A stretch of DNA of 62,943 nt, filler included, from Stramenopiles sp. TOSAG23-3 (GCA_900128585.1; 27 parts of 27 records of this genome joined end to end with filler, not necessarily neighbours in it), one strand, 5' to 3'; numbered from the whole stretch's first letter, positions 43,154 to 54,603 are shown. A program made the numbers and translations. The notes: generated by a model not told the origin, from the sequence alone.

Positions 43154-44332
43154 TCAACTGTATGGAGAGTAGACTTTCCATGTAAAAATGCACCCATCGC
43201 TTCCCCCACAACTTAAAACAACAGAATCGTCCCGTTTGATCCAACGTACACACATTATGTGAGAATGGTGACCTGAAAATTCCCGCCCCACCGCCCCTCG
43301 AACACATGGAAATCTAAATAGTTTCACGCGTCTAAAGTCATCCCCAGTCAGAACTAAGGTGCCAGTCGTTGATCTTACGACCGAATTCACATCTGTCGCA
43401 TCGGAATTCTTATTCCATATACCTTGAACGGACCACCCAAATATATTAGTCCATTGGTCCCAAATAACGTTTGCCATTTCAACCGAGTGTGTTTCATGAG
43501 CAAACGGATGTTTTGTGTCGCCCGGTTGTTGTTTCCAATACAACAGCTCATGAGCACCGTCGGAACTTTGCAGCTTTTTTGAATCGATGGACCAATCGAT
43601 GGACAAAACAAACGAGCTATGGCCGCGTAATTGAGACAAAAGCTTAAAATTTTCATGAACGGCGAAAACGTATATGTAGTTGTCTCTAGAGCCTGCAGCT
43701 AAATACTCTCCATCGGGAGAATACGCGACACACTGGATTTCTTCGTTCGATTTCAGCAACTTCTGAGCCGCAGGCCCCTCTTCGGCCTTTTCCCACGGCA
43801 AGTGCTCGGGTTCTTCGCTTTTTTTCTGTTTGGAACTTTTTATCCCGGCACCAACATAGTGTTTGTACTTCATGCACATGTCTAATTTACCCTGCTCCAC
43901 TTCGCTTGCGGAGCATAGCTCCAAAACAACCAATCCAGCATTTACCAATCCGACTGTCAATTGCAACCCCTTGGGGTGCAAATCAACGGAGCACGCAGGG
44001 GCAGGTAGGGACATCCTCGATAGGCACACGTGGTTTACAGAGTCCCACAGCCGAACCGTCCGGTCCCTGCTAACCGACACGAAATAATGTTCGTCAATAT
44101 TTGCGGCTGCGCATTCCACCGTGTGGCCGTGACCATATTGAAGGACAGTAACTGTAAATTTAAGCCGTTGGGTAAGCCATTGGTTGTGTGCGGGCGTATC
44201 GAACTTTACCTGTAATATTGTGCTGGACTTTAAGCCGGCGACAAGGACTAGTTTGCGAGGTTTCTCTTTTTGTTTACTTCGCCCCGAAGGCCTTTCTGCA
44301 CGCTTCATAAATGGAGACGCTTCTTTGTTACC
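43154..44332 (-). CDS. Echinoderm microtubule-associated protein-like (EML5/6-type) C-terminal WD40 region, 5'-truncated
   Basis: YSPDGEYLAAGSRDNYIY, GHSSFVLSIDWS, WTNIFGWSVQGIW, DATDVNSV, TGDDFRRVKLFRFPC, GHHSHIMCVRW. Confidence 0.88.
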   Translation of the reverse strand, partial: GNKEASPFMKRAERPSGRSKQKEKPRKLVLVAGLKSSTILQVKFDTPAHNQWLTQRLKFTVTVLQYGHGHTVECAAANIDEHYFVSVSRDRTVRLWDSVNHVCLSRMSLPAPACSVDLHPKGLQLTVGLVNAGLVVLELCSASEVEQGKLDMCMKYKHYVGAGIKSSKQKKSEEPEHLPWEKAEEGPAAQKLLKSNEEIQCVAYSPDGEYLAAGSRDNYIYVFAVHENFKLLSQLRGHSSFVLSIDWSIDSKKLQSSDGAHELLYWKQQPGDTKHPFAHETHSVEMANVIWDQWTNIFGWSVQGIWNKNSDATDVNSVVRSTTGTLVLTGDDFRRVKLFRFPCVRGAVGREFSGHHSHIMCVRWIKRDDSVVLSCGGSDGCIFTWKVYSPYS

Positions 44333-44432
44333 NNNNNNNNNNNNNNNNNNNNNNNNNNNNNNNNNNNNNNNNNNNNTTAATTAATTAANNNNNNNNNNNN
44401 NNNNNNNNNNNNNNNNNNNNNNNNNNNNNNNN

Positions 44433-46662
44433 ACGACGGCTTTCCTATCAAGTGGCGCATGTTGCGTTGTAAGTCATGGGGCAACCGGACCAAAATATTC
44501 AGGGACAGCTCCACGACGGACAGCGATTCAATGGTGATGGCACCGTCCTTGAAATCTTCGACGCTATCAGAGTCCGCTTTTTCCAGCAAGCGGATCAAAA
44601 ACTGCACCAGAATCAATTTGGTGCGATGATCGTCTATTTGATCCATTACTTTCTTGCACACAAGGGCAGACTCGTACGGAGGCAGCGCTTCCAATCTTTC
44701 GAACGCCTTTGGTTTGTTTTTAAATTTCGTCAGCAATTCCAAAATATAACTGGTTTCGAATTCGATCTGCACGAGATTTTTGCCGTCCCCCAGGGAAAAC
44801 TGGGCCATTATTCTCGCGACCAGCTGGTGCTCTTGGAGGGCGATCATTTTTCGCGCAATCTCGACGGGGTGTTCGGTGCACATGCGGCTCACCTCTTGCC
44901 ACGACACGAACGTGGTAGAGTTGACTACTATGATAGACTTGTACAGCCTTAACCGAGTGAGCGATTCGCCAATCTCATGCTGCAGGTTTATTAAAGCATG
45001 CTCGGCATCATCGTCTTCCAGTTGAAATGCGCACATGTATAGCAAATCAATGGCTGTGTCGGCATCAAAGCGCTCGAGGTGCTCGAGAGTCAGCTGGGCG
45101 GCGTGAACGTGGTTTCTCATTCGCTTTATGTACTGCGCGATGGACGCCCCGCTCCGCCCTTCCTTCACTAGCGCTTCCAGCAGAACCTCGACAATTTCAT
45201 GCCTGTGCTGAACCCCGCCATCGGCCAGGGCGAGCGCGTGGGTGTACTCTCCGGCGCGTTTCAGCTGCTCGACGCACAGCTCGTAGAATTGGCTGTCGCT
45301 CAACGCGTCATCGTCGTACATTTTCGACAGGCAAAGGCACAGGTGGGGGTCGCTTGGGATGTACACGTTCACCATGTCCGGTTTGTTTAGCAGGACGCAG
45401 TCGTGAACCTCGTTTTTCTGTTCCAAAAAAATTTGTTCCAGGTGGGAGAACGCCTGGGCGCGATGGCAAACCCACCGGTGCAGGGACGGAAAGTGTTTCG
45501 TGTGCTCCAACGCGTAGGAAACGAAACGGTCAGAGAACGGGGGGTTAGTCCATTTCTGCATGCAGACGAGGGAGGCTAGCAACGGGGGCGTGGCCGGACC
45601 CAACACGTGCGAGTCTCTTTCCAAGGTCGCTACGTACTCGACGACTTTCATGTTTAGTGGGTAGGTGGGTTGGTTGGTGGGGGTGGAGGAAGGGGAGGAG
45701 GTTAAGCCGCCACCGCTGCCACTCTCTCGTAAAATAGACGTATTGCAACAGCTACGTAAGAGAACCCTCAACAGATCAATGCGCATGACTTTTGCCAGGT
45801 CGCGGGCCTCCGAGAATCCGTTGAATTCCAAAACCAGGGAGGAGAGAATTTTCCGAGGGTTGCTGCTCAGAATGGACAAAAAATCAACGGGACCGTCCCC
45901 CCCGGAATCCTCTGCCCTCGCCGACTTCACACCGTTGCTTATTTCCATAATGTAGGTTAAAAAACTAGCCAGGTACTGCATTTCCACATCGTCGTTGGTG
46001 GCAAGGGTCCCGGCCGACGCCAGCGCCGGGAGGGATGTTTTCCGTGTTGCGGATTGGTTCCCCTGGGAGAACTGCTCGAGGACGGACTCTAGGAACGATT
46101 CCATTTTCAATTCGGACGCTTTCCCCTTCGCCCCAATTCTGACACGGTCGAATACGGCGCGAAGGTTGTCCAGTGCCTGGACCCGGCTCTGCACTTGCGA
46201 GAGGTGGGATTCGAGTATCGTCGGCTCTATCGGCATGTTTTCCACTCGCTTCAGCAGCTTCCACAAAGGTGGGAGAGGGGCTGAAGATTTGACATTGACT
46301 CCCTTGGCTGCTACCAGTTTGTTTTGATTGTTGATCAGCTTAGTGTAACGCTTGATTACGAACGTAGAAAAGTACTGGAACAGTTTCTTGTAGAATGCCT
46401 GATTTGAGTTTGGGTCTGGACCTTTCGCTCCTTTGCCCTGCTTCTTTGAGTCTTGGCCGTTCGCCCCCCATGCCTGCTTCCAGCCCTGAAGGATAGTTTG
46501 GGCGTGCTTCAGAATCACTTGCGATTGTCGGATAGTCGGCGCGGCACTAATGGCGAGGTCAATGCTAATGTAAAACGCGTGGAGTTTGTTGTGAAGGTTG
46601 GCGGTGGACCCGACCGTTGCAGCGGCGTCTTCGCAAAGTTTGGACAGGCGCGAGGTAAAGCT
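44433..46662 (-). CDS. ZFYVE26: Spastizin (ZFYVE26/SPG15)-like protein, internal fragment
   Basis: Open across the whole contig. ALALAD, AAQLTLEHLERFDADTAIDLLYMC, SWQEVSRMCTEHP and LNILVRLP...LIGKP resemble conserved SPG15 segments upstream of the FYVE region. Confidence 0.7.
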
Positions 46663-47080
46663 NNNNNNNNNNNNNNNNNNNNNNNNNNNNNNNNNNNNNN
46701 NNNNNNTTAATTAATTAANNNNNNNNNNNNNNNNNNNNNNNNNNNNNNNNNNNNNNNNNNNNGAAGAGACTTGATAATTTATTTTAAGAGATGCTGTGTA
46801 TATATAAAATACCGATTGCAAACACAAAAACAAAAAACAAAAAACAAACAAAAAAATGCAAAGGAAGAATTGTTGCTGTTAATTCTCTAATTAGTGGAAT
46901 TGCAATAATTAGAAACATACGAAGCGATTTTATTACAATAATATAAAAATAATATAAGTGAAAAGTATTCTTAAAAGTTAATCTTTAAAAAAACATGGTT
47001 CGCCCTATCTTTAAAATGTAGGAGGAGGAACGAAAACTAAAACGTGTTTGTGCCGTGTGTGACACATTCGCAAGACAACT

Positions 47081-48535
47081 TTATTTCCCGGCCTGGGTTC
47101 CCCGGATTTTTTTGTCTTTCGATGCAGCATTAACCAAACCCTCCGCACTTGATGCCGTCTTTCGTTTTTTTTCAAGTCCCTTATTGTCCATCTTTTGGCG
47201 CAAAGTCAATTCCTGTTCCTGCTGAAATTCGCGACCATCAGTATAGTAAGCCATTCTTTTTCCCTCGATCCCCCCTGATTCTACTGGGTACTCTTTTGTC
47301 TTTTCCATGGTGATCATCCGCCGAGAGTAAAAACTCCCGAGAGGATCTTCGCAATTGAATACTAACTTTAAGCATTCGTGCCTTGGTATGTCTGCATCAG
47401 TATAAATAGCCCTCTCAACGGGAAGGAAATAGACCAGTCGCCCCCCCACCACCAAAAAGGTAGCGGCCATTTCCAACAAATCTAACATAACTTCCGTCCC
47501 ATGGTAAGGCTGCGTCTTTGGAATGTGGTCTTTAAGCTTGTGATCTGGAATCTTCTCTATTGTCTTTCTCTTACTACCACACTTCCGTGCACCGGCGCGA
47601 ACCCCGTACGGAGGGTCGCACAAGATACCATCAAAAATTGGTACCTTTCGCAAACAATTCCCGCGGCGTGAAACATCTGCCCGAAGGGTGCACGGTGGTG
47701 AAAAACCGTATTGGTCGTAATTACTAAATTGGTCGCTCGTCTTGTTGAACCTCTTCGCGTGCAAGATTCGTATATCAATATCGACACCAACGCAGTGAGC
47801 GCCAAAGGCTTTGGCAGAGATCAACAGACTCCCAGTCCCGACGAAAGGGTCAATGATAAAACTTCCTGACCTTGCCAACACGCAGTTTGACATTATAAAG
47901 GACAGCTCAGTGTCCATAGAAGTAGGCCCAAGGAACTGGCGCTTCTTCAGAGTGTACTTTTGGACCAAGTCGGCCCTACCAGACGATATTTCAAGCAAAA
48001 AGTATTTACACCTGGGGACCCGCTCATCGGCCGTATTGCACTTTACACCGACTTGGGTGTACTCTTCCAGGTACCAAAAAGTCCGGTCCGGTTCTTTCAA
48101 CTTGACTGGCCCTTTGAAAGGAATAAACGCCAACTTGTCTCGCAAAGTCTTTTGGTCGTGCATTTTTAATTTCTTTCCAAACGCCCCGACTTGAATGCAC
48201 CAGCTGCACGCTTCGCTATACGATGAAGCCGTAAAGGCAGGGTCGAGGCCCTTAATGGCCTGGTGTAGTGCCGCGTCCGTCTTTCCGTGCCCCCAGTATT
48301 GGTACACCCGAGTGATTAACACACAGCGCGAGCTTACTTGTTTTGCTACATCTATACTTGGAAAATTTACAAAGAGAAACGGAGACTTATTGCCAAGAGT
48401 AAGATGCTCTTCATTATAAACGTCTTCAGGGCTTAAATTGTTCAGCGTCAGCACACTATCAAACTCTGCTTTCCAAAAGTCCACGTGCTTCCACCCAAAC
48501 TGAACGACAAACTTTGTGTTGATTTTCGTGCTCAT
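47081..48535 (-). CDS. TRMT11: tRNA (guanine-10-N2)-methyltransferase
   Basis: LKKRQFLGPTSMDTELS, DPFVGTGSLL, FDGILCDPPYGVRAG, LVVGGRLVYFLP. Confidence 0.95.
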   Translation of the reverse strand: MSTKINTKFVVQFGWKHVDFWKAEFDSVLTLNNLSPEDVYNEEHLTLGNKSPFLFVNFPSIDVAKQVSSRCVLITRVYQYWGHGKTDAALHQAIKGLDPAFTASSYSEACSWCIQVGAFGKKLKMHDQKTLRDKLAFIPFKGPVKLKEPDRTFWYLEEYTQVGVKCNTADERVPRCKYFLLEISSGRADLVQKYTLKKRQFLGPTSMDTELSFIMSNCVLARSGSFIIDPFVGTGSLLISAKAFGAHCVGVDIDIRILHAKRFNKTSDQFSNYDQYGFSPPCTLRADVSRRGNCLRKVPIFDGILCDPPYGVRAGARKCGSKRKTIEKIPDHKLKDHIPKTQPYHGTEVMLDLLEMAATFLVVGGRLVYFLPVERAIYTDADIPRHECLKLVFNCEDPLGSFYSRRMITMEKTKEYPVESGGIEGKRMAYYTDGREFQQEQELTLRQKMDNKGLEKKRKTASSAEGLVNAASKDKKIRGTQAGK

Positions 48536-48917
48536 ATTTCAGGGGGTGGGGTAGGAGAAGAAAAGGGAGGCAAACAACAACCAGGTAACTTGGTCAAAAA
48601 TTAAACAAACGTTAGAACAAAAACACCCTCTTGTCTGTAATATCTCTTCAACCCCTATCATAATAAGAACTGATTCTTAAACGTCTCTGCTGATTCACGA
48701 ACGTCGTCTTCTTCGTCTTAGACTATATATTTTCTATTTTTATTACTTCTCTTCTTCTTGGATGGTATTATATTAAAGCAAAATATATATTATTATAGAC
48801 GAGTACTCCTCGTAGCTGATATATCACCACCACCGAATTATATGATGGTGTGTGGTGGTGTTGTGATTTGGAGAATATTATTAATCTCGTATTTATATTA
48901 TTAAATATCTCATCTCT

Positions 48918-48991
48918 CTTCTTCTTCTTCTTCTTCTTCTTCTTCTTCTTCTTCTTCTTCTTCTTCTTCTTCTTCTTCTTCTTCTTCTTCT
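48918..48991 (+). repeat. (CTT)n microsatellite at contig end
   Basis: Direct reading. Confidence 0.95.
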
Positions 48992-49093
48992 NNNNNNNNN
49001 NNNNNNNNNNNNNNNNNNNNNNNNNNNNNNNNNNNTTAATTAATTAANNNNNNNNNNNNNNNNNNNNNNNNNNNNNNNNNNNNNNNNNNNNTC

Positions 49094-50455
49094 ACCTCCG
49101 TGACAGTTTGCCGGTACCGGGACAATTATAAATATTCGTCCGTGGAGCTCCGTTTCACTTCTGAAAACGATGCGTTTGGGGTGATATTTGAAGTTGGCAA
49201 TCGTTCGGGTAGGGGCGTGTCTATGAAGCAGATGGAAGCTTCCTTTTTCCTGGTACAACAGAAAAAGCGCCACCATGGGAAGGACTCTTCGTACGAGTTT
49301 GGTCATTTCTATTTTGAAATTTACATGCAGAGTGACGAGGATAATTTGTGGCATTACATCAGCAGCTCTACTCACTTGGCAACTCGGACCGTTTCCAAAG
49401 ACACAGCACTCTTGAACGGGGGAAAATACTTTGTCGTTGTAAGGTGTTTGAGCTCTGGCGTTCACTTTCAACTCACAAGAAACGTAGTTTTCGGCTCGTA
49501 CGCCGAATCCTACCTGGAGTTTAGCACGTCAAAAAATGAAGATGAAATCCAACGGGTTCGCAATCAAGGGCTTCAACTAGCCATTTCTCAAGATGGAGAA
49601 GTGGTGGTCGACAAAAACGGATCGAAAATATATTCATGGCAAGATGAGCACGGCTCAGTCCTCGCGTTGCTGTTTCAAGCAGGCCCCAACGATGTGTTTT
49701 GGGTGAACATGGACGGAGAATTCAAAAATATGGTCATGAACGAACAGTTCCCTGGGCTAGTAGACCAAGAGGAGGTGAGCGCTGCGAACGGAACGGAAAC
49801 CCGAGCGAAAAAAATATTTTACAAGCTGAACCGCGCAGCGCCAGAAAAAATGGTAGAATTTTCTACCATTTGCCGGCAGTCTGGCAGCAACAGCACGTCC
49901 TGGAAGTTAAGCTCTATATCAACGGCGACCGAGCGGTGCCTGCAATGCAAAGACCCGGTCGGCATAAGCATCGCTGACAAATTTTCTGGAAGTTACTATT
50001 CGGAAGACACCGGTAAAGTTCACAGTGAATGCTACACGAAGTATCGAATATCTCACGCCGAAAGGTGCTTGCATTGCAAAGGACCGGTTATGGCCATCGA
50101 AGACAAGTATACTGGAACGTACTACTCCGAGGACAACGGAAAAATCCACGAGGAGTGTTGGCAGTTGTACCAAGAAGTCCATGCTGAAAGATGCGTGCAC
50201 TGCAACGGCCCGGTCATCAACATCGAAGGGAAATACAGTGGGAGGCACTACACTCTTGATGAAGGAGGAAAGGTTCATTCCGAGTGCTGGAAGAAATACA
50301 AAGAAAACCACGCAGAAAAATGTGGTCATTGCAAGAAACCAGTCATAGAACTAATCAGTCATTTCAGTGGCCAATATTACTCTCCCGAAGAGGGCATCAA
50401 GGTTCACGAGGAGTGCTGGAAAGCTTACAAAAAAGCGCGGCAGGACTCGTTTTGA
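49094..50455 (+). CDS. Protein with a calpain-domain-III-like region and four half-LIM zinc repeats, 5'-truncated
   Basis: Four 41-42 aa repeats CxxCxxPV...[FY][ST]GxYY...K[VI]HxEC. The N-terminal TVCRYRDNYKYSS... resembles the end of protist calpain cores (tentative). Confidence 0.6.
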   Translation, partial: TSVTVCRYRDNYKYSSVELRFTSENDAFGVIFEVGNRSGRGVSMKQMEASFFLVQQKKRHHGKDSSYEFGHFYFEIYMQSDEDNLWHYISSSTHLATRTVSKDTALLNGGKYFVVVRCLSSGVHFQLTRNVVFGSYAESYLEFSTSKNEDEIQRVRNQGLQLAISQDGEVVVDKNGSKIYSWQDEHGSVLALLFQAGPNDVFWVNMDGEFKNMVMNEQFPGLVDQEEVSAANGTETRAKKIFYKLNRAAPEKMVEFSTICRQSGSNSTSWKLSSISTATERCLQCKDPVGISIADKFSGSYYSEDTGKVHSECYTKYRISHAERCLHCKGPVMAIEDKYTGTYYSEDNGKIHEECWQLYQEVHAERCVHCNGPVINIEGKYSGRHYTLDEGGKVHSECWKKYKENHAEKCGHCKKPVIELISHFSGQYYSPEEGIKVHEECWKAYKKARQDSF

Positions 50456-50640
50456 GGTTTTTAAAATGTTTTTTAAATAGTCACTGAACACGTGCGTTAA
50501 ATAAATATTTAGATCAGTAAAGGGCACACGTTACCTGTTTCAACGAGTCTAATTCGACATGTAGACCTTTTGTCTCAAAGCCTATGCGGGAATTCTCTCT
50601 CTAGTCTCTACGCGTTCCTTCTGATTTCTTAAAAGTCTCT

Positions 50641-51129
50641 CTACAACCCCTCCTCTTTCTCTGAAGCATCGGTTGCAGCCTTTTTTTTGTAGCACTTTAA
50701 ATACCAAATCAACAATACGACAAGAAACTGAGAAATAAAAGGGTAAGGGCCATGGGGGAAATGCGGCGTCCGGCTTGCGATGTCCGGTAAGCGGCAGTGT
50801 GGGATAATGAACGTGCTTGCTTCTTTAGAAACTTCAGTTTCGTACACTAGCCGGTTCTCCTCTGTGTTTTCCCTGAACCTCCAAACATGTCCAGGGTAGG
50901 TTAATGTTCTTCTGTCCTGCCCGGGGTGAAGGAAACCAAAAGGCTTTTCACGACCCTGAAAATCTACCCATAAACACTGAATTACCCCTTTAAACTCATT
51001 TCGAAAATAAACATTAACCTGTTCGCTTCCCTTCTTGGTGGATCTCCCCACTACTCTAGAAGGGCAGTCGGGCAAAGAGCTAGCAGGGCAATCAGACGAC
51101 GACGCGGTGCATTCTTTTGACGGGGCCAT
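50641..51129 (-). CDS. VHL beta-domain protein with C-terminal hydrophobic helix
   Basis: VYFRNEFKGVIQCLWVDFQGREKPFGFLHPGQ...TYPGHVWRFR, then FISQFLVVLLIWYL followed by KCYKKK. Confidence 0.75.
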   Translation of the reverse strand: MAPSKECTASSSDCPASSLPDCPSRVVGRSTKKGSEQVNVYFRNEFKGVIQCLWVDFQGREKPFGFLHPGQDRRTLTYPGHVWRFRENTEENRLVYETEVSKEASTFIIPHCRLPDIASRTPHFPHGPYPFISQFLVVLLIWYLKCYKKKAATDASEKEEGL

Positions 51130-51421
51130 TCGGGATTATACCCCAGGAAAAGCTACAAAAATTTCGTCGCTAAAGTGTTCGTTTCGCAGTCAAAAATTGA
51201 ATAAGAGAGACAAATACCAATTACTACTTTGCTCAGTAGGTTTTCGTTCTACTTCTATCTTCTTCTTCGTAAAATTAAAGTTACAATTAGCGGCGGGCGG
51301 CATCTCGTCTCGCTCGTCGNNNNNNNNNNNNNNNNNNNNNNNNNNNNNNNNNNNNNNNNNNNNTTAATTAATTAANNNNNNNNNNNNNNNNNNNNNNNNN
51401 NNNNNNNNNNNNNNNNNNNAG

Positions 51422-51712
51422 TTAGGTACTTCGGTCGTGTACAATAGACCAGATGACATCAAGGCGTTTTTGATCCAAGAATTGAAGCGACTTAAAGAGA
51501 TCCAGAAATCCCAGCAGCTAGGAAGTGCCATATTTACAGAAAAAGACGTCGAGACGATGTTTGGAATGTTTGACCCAACGGGGACCGGAGCCATTTCGAA
51601 AGAGCAGGCAAAGCAAGGTTTTGTGTCGTTGTGTTTGACAGTACCAGAAATGGGAGACATCGTGACGAAGGAGGAGTTTTGCCGCCTTGCAAAAGAAGCT
51701 CGGGCTTTGTAG
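51422..51712 (+). CDS. EFCAB10: EF-hand calcium-binding domain protein 10-like, 5'-truncated
   Basis: VYNRPDDIKAFLIQELKRL (docking-domain-like) followed by IFTEKDVETMFGMFDPTGTGAISKEQ. Confidence 0.75.
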   Translation, partial: LGTSVVYNRPDDIKAFLIQELKRLKEIQKSQQLGSAIFTEKDVETMFGMFDPTGTGAISKEQAKQGFVSLCLTVPEMGDIVTKEEFCRLAKEARAL

Positions 51713-52261
51713 AGAGAAAAAGGGACGGAGGGTAAGAGAGAGAGGTAAAAACACACTCGGTGGATTAGACTTGATTCAATTAGAATTTCGATTCTTTTTG
51801 CTCACAAGTCGTTTCGAACACCCGAAGAAAGAGAGAAAAAAAGTATTATTACTACTACACAATTTTGTATCTTTCAGTTAAACAATTCCCTATATAAAAG
51901 TAGAACTTTGTCCTTTTAATTGATGTTATTAATAGGGTTCTCACTACATAATTTGTTTCAGCAGAAAAATAGCTCTTTATGAGATGGAAATAGCATAGAG
52001 ATTAAAAAACCTTGAAGAAGAACAACAACAAGAAGAAGAAGCCGAAGAAGAACAACGGGAACACCCGAACCGGTACCGGTACTTCGTGTGAGTGTGAAAC
52101 CCAAGGTGTGAGATCAAAAGGTATGTTATAGAACCGTTATGACCTCTTCGCTTCATAATGGTAAGAATGCTTGCTTTTGCCATATTGCATGACGTCTTTT
52201 GTTAACCAGAAACTACAGTTGATCGCCTTGTTAATTTTAACATAAATTATTTCGTAGAAAC

Positions 52262-53646
52262 ATGTTGTTCTCATGTGCCTTGTTCGCAGTATTCCTGACC
52301 TTCTTGTCGTTGGTTGCTTCATCAGCTCAAGCAAGCCCGGGCTTTGGAAAACCGATTTATGGGAGAAAATATTTGAATCAGACACAGGCATTCCCCCATG
52401 GGCCTGGCATGAAGCCAAGTACTATCAAGTACAATGTTGAGCACCACGACGACGTGGTTCACTTTCGCCAGGCAGAATATGGCGTAAAGAAAGCGAGGTG
52501 TACTGCTGAGCAAATGGTCCTCAGTTTCGCATCGCATGAGGCCATGGCAAAGTTCTACACTCTCGTTAACGGGGTAGAGGGAAACAGTACAAAGATTCTC
52601 GCGGGGGGATGTCTTGACATGAACAATCTCGATATCATAGGCGTCTGCTCGAAAGTTCTAGATACCAAAATAAGGCAAGATCTTCACAAGAGAAGCAAAA
52701 CAATTGTGGTTCGGGTGAGACCTGCGGACTGGGACGAAGTGTTTGTGAACGCTGATATTTTCGCCAGCATTCAACCACAATACGCCAAGGCATCGGGCCG
52801 AAGGCTGGGCAGTGAGTGTGATAAGAGCGAACCGGAGTGTGAGACGGACGTTGGCAAGGAATTCAAATTACCCGGCTTCAAAAGAAATCTGAACGGCAAG
52901 CAACTTGCCGAATGGGGGGCCTTGTCCGTCACCTGTGAACAGTGCGAGGTAGATTTCCAACCCACCATCAACTTTGCGTTGAAAATAAAGTGGCTGAAGC
53001 TGCAACATGCGAAACTCATGGTTTCAGGAGACCTAAACGCCGCGGTGGTATTGAAAGCATTCGCACAATTTAGCGGAAATTCTCACAACGAGAAGATCCT
53101 AGCATCGTTGAAATTCCCTGACATTGTTTTTTCTGTGGGCGTTTTGCCAATCCGCATACAATTCGCTGCCCCAATCAAAGCCAGCTACTACGCGGATTTC
53201 GATGCGAAAGCAACCCTTACCGCAGGGCTTACTGCGAGTATAAAGGTGGATGGAGGGTTAGCTTACACGAATGGCAAATTCGGCCGTATTGGTGGGTTTA
53301 CGCCTGTTTTCAGGGCAGTTGAACCTCACTTAGATGCAGAAGCAAATGTATATGCAACCCTTAGTGCTGGCTGTGATTTGCAGTTAAGCGTAAACAATAT
53401 TATGCATGGGCACCTGGATATTAGCCCAACCGTGAGATTTACCGGAAAGAGTGTGGTGGACACCCCAGACGTAGACATGAACGCCAAGTTGGACGGTAAC
53501 CTGAAAATTACTGTGGGGGGTGAGCTTGGGGTACGGATTAAAAACCGTAACATTGGCCCACGTTTGAAATTGGCGGACAAAGGCATTGTAAACAGCAACC
53601 GGACACTGTGGAAGGGAGAACTCAGCTTCGATACTGATGAAATGTT
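52262..53646 (+). CDS. Secreted beta-rich protein with a prodomain and RRL site, 3'-truncated
   Basis: Signal peptide, GRRLG near residue 180, then a VTCEQC motif and long amphipathic beta strands resembling uncharacterised secreted fungal/protist proteins. Confidence 0.7.
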
Positions 53647-53748
53647 NNNNNNNNNNNNNNNNNNNNNNNNNNNNNNNNNNNNNNNNNNNNTTAATTAATT
53701 AANNNNNNNNNNNNNNNNNNNNNNNNNNNNNNNNNNNNNNNNNNNNGG

Positions 53749-54603
53749 ACGGGGAAGAAATGGATCGGTATCCAACGCCAGAGCCTTTCGGCAAAGTTGA
53801 AGACGAAGAGCAAGACGGAGAAGATGGTCGAACAGTTGGAGGCGTACAAAGCGTTGAACCCGAGCGCGTTGGGGGACGCGGCCATGCGTCGGCTGCAGAT
53901 ATTTTCGACGACGACGGTAGATGATAGAAAAACGGACGGACGGACGGCGTCGTCCCCTACCCCTTCCTTAGCATCGACGGGGCAGGAGAAACTAGTCAAG
54001 GCGTTTTTAGGTTCGAAACTGTTCGAGAAAGAAAGCAAGAATTTGATCGAAGCGCGGCGAAAGCGGACCCGGGAAGTCCGTCACTTGAAAGAGCGAATGG
54101 GGCGGAAAGACCGGCGAAAGGCCAAAGTCGAAGAGAACAAGCTGAACCCTAAACGGGCCCCGCTGCCGTCGCAGAAGGACATGTACTTGGACTCGTTGAA
54201 CAGTTTTGATCGTAAGCAAAAGCCGAAGAATCGGTTGGGGCAGCGAGAACGCAAACGTAGGGCGCTGGAACGTGAACGGGAGGAGGCGCTCCGGGAGAAG
54301 AAAGTGAAACCAGGGAATCGGAAAGAGAGGCGACGGTTGATCCAGGAAGGGGTGTTGCCCCGGCCGGAGAAACGGGCAAAGGTGGAAGAAGGGGCGGGCG
54401 GGGAGGAGGAGGAAGGAGGGCAGGCGAGGACGAATGGAAAGGCTGAGAAAGAGACAGAGGCCGCTGATGCGCACGAGCACCACGCGTCGTGGGCGTTGAA
54501 ACGAAAGCGGGAGGAAGAGCAAAAGAACGCAACGTTTACTGGGAAGAAAATGACCTTTGATGATAGCGGAGGGGAAAGCGAGTACGACGACGACAGCGAT
54601 TGA
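53749..54603 (+). CDS. BUD22/SRFBP1-like ribosome biogenesis factor, C-terminal part
   Basis: KNRLGQRERKR...HHASWALKRK...FTGKKMTFDD matches the BUD22 domain (KNR.GQRAR...HPSW...FQGKKITFD). Confidence 0.82.
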   Translation, partial: TGKKWIGIQRQSLSAKLKTKSKTEKMVEQLEAYKALNPSALGDAAMRRLQIFSTTTVDDRKTDGRTASSPTPSLASTGQEKLVKAFLGSKLFEKESKNLIEARRKRTREVRHLKERMGRKDRRKAKVEENKLNPKRAPLPSQKDMYLDSLNSFDRKQKPKNRLGQRERKRRALEREREEALREKKVKPGNRKERRRLIQEGVLPRPEKRAKVEEGAGGEEEEGGQARTNGKAEKETEAADAHEHHASWALKRKREEEQKNATFTGKKMTFDDSGGESEYDDDSD

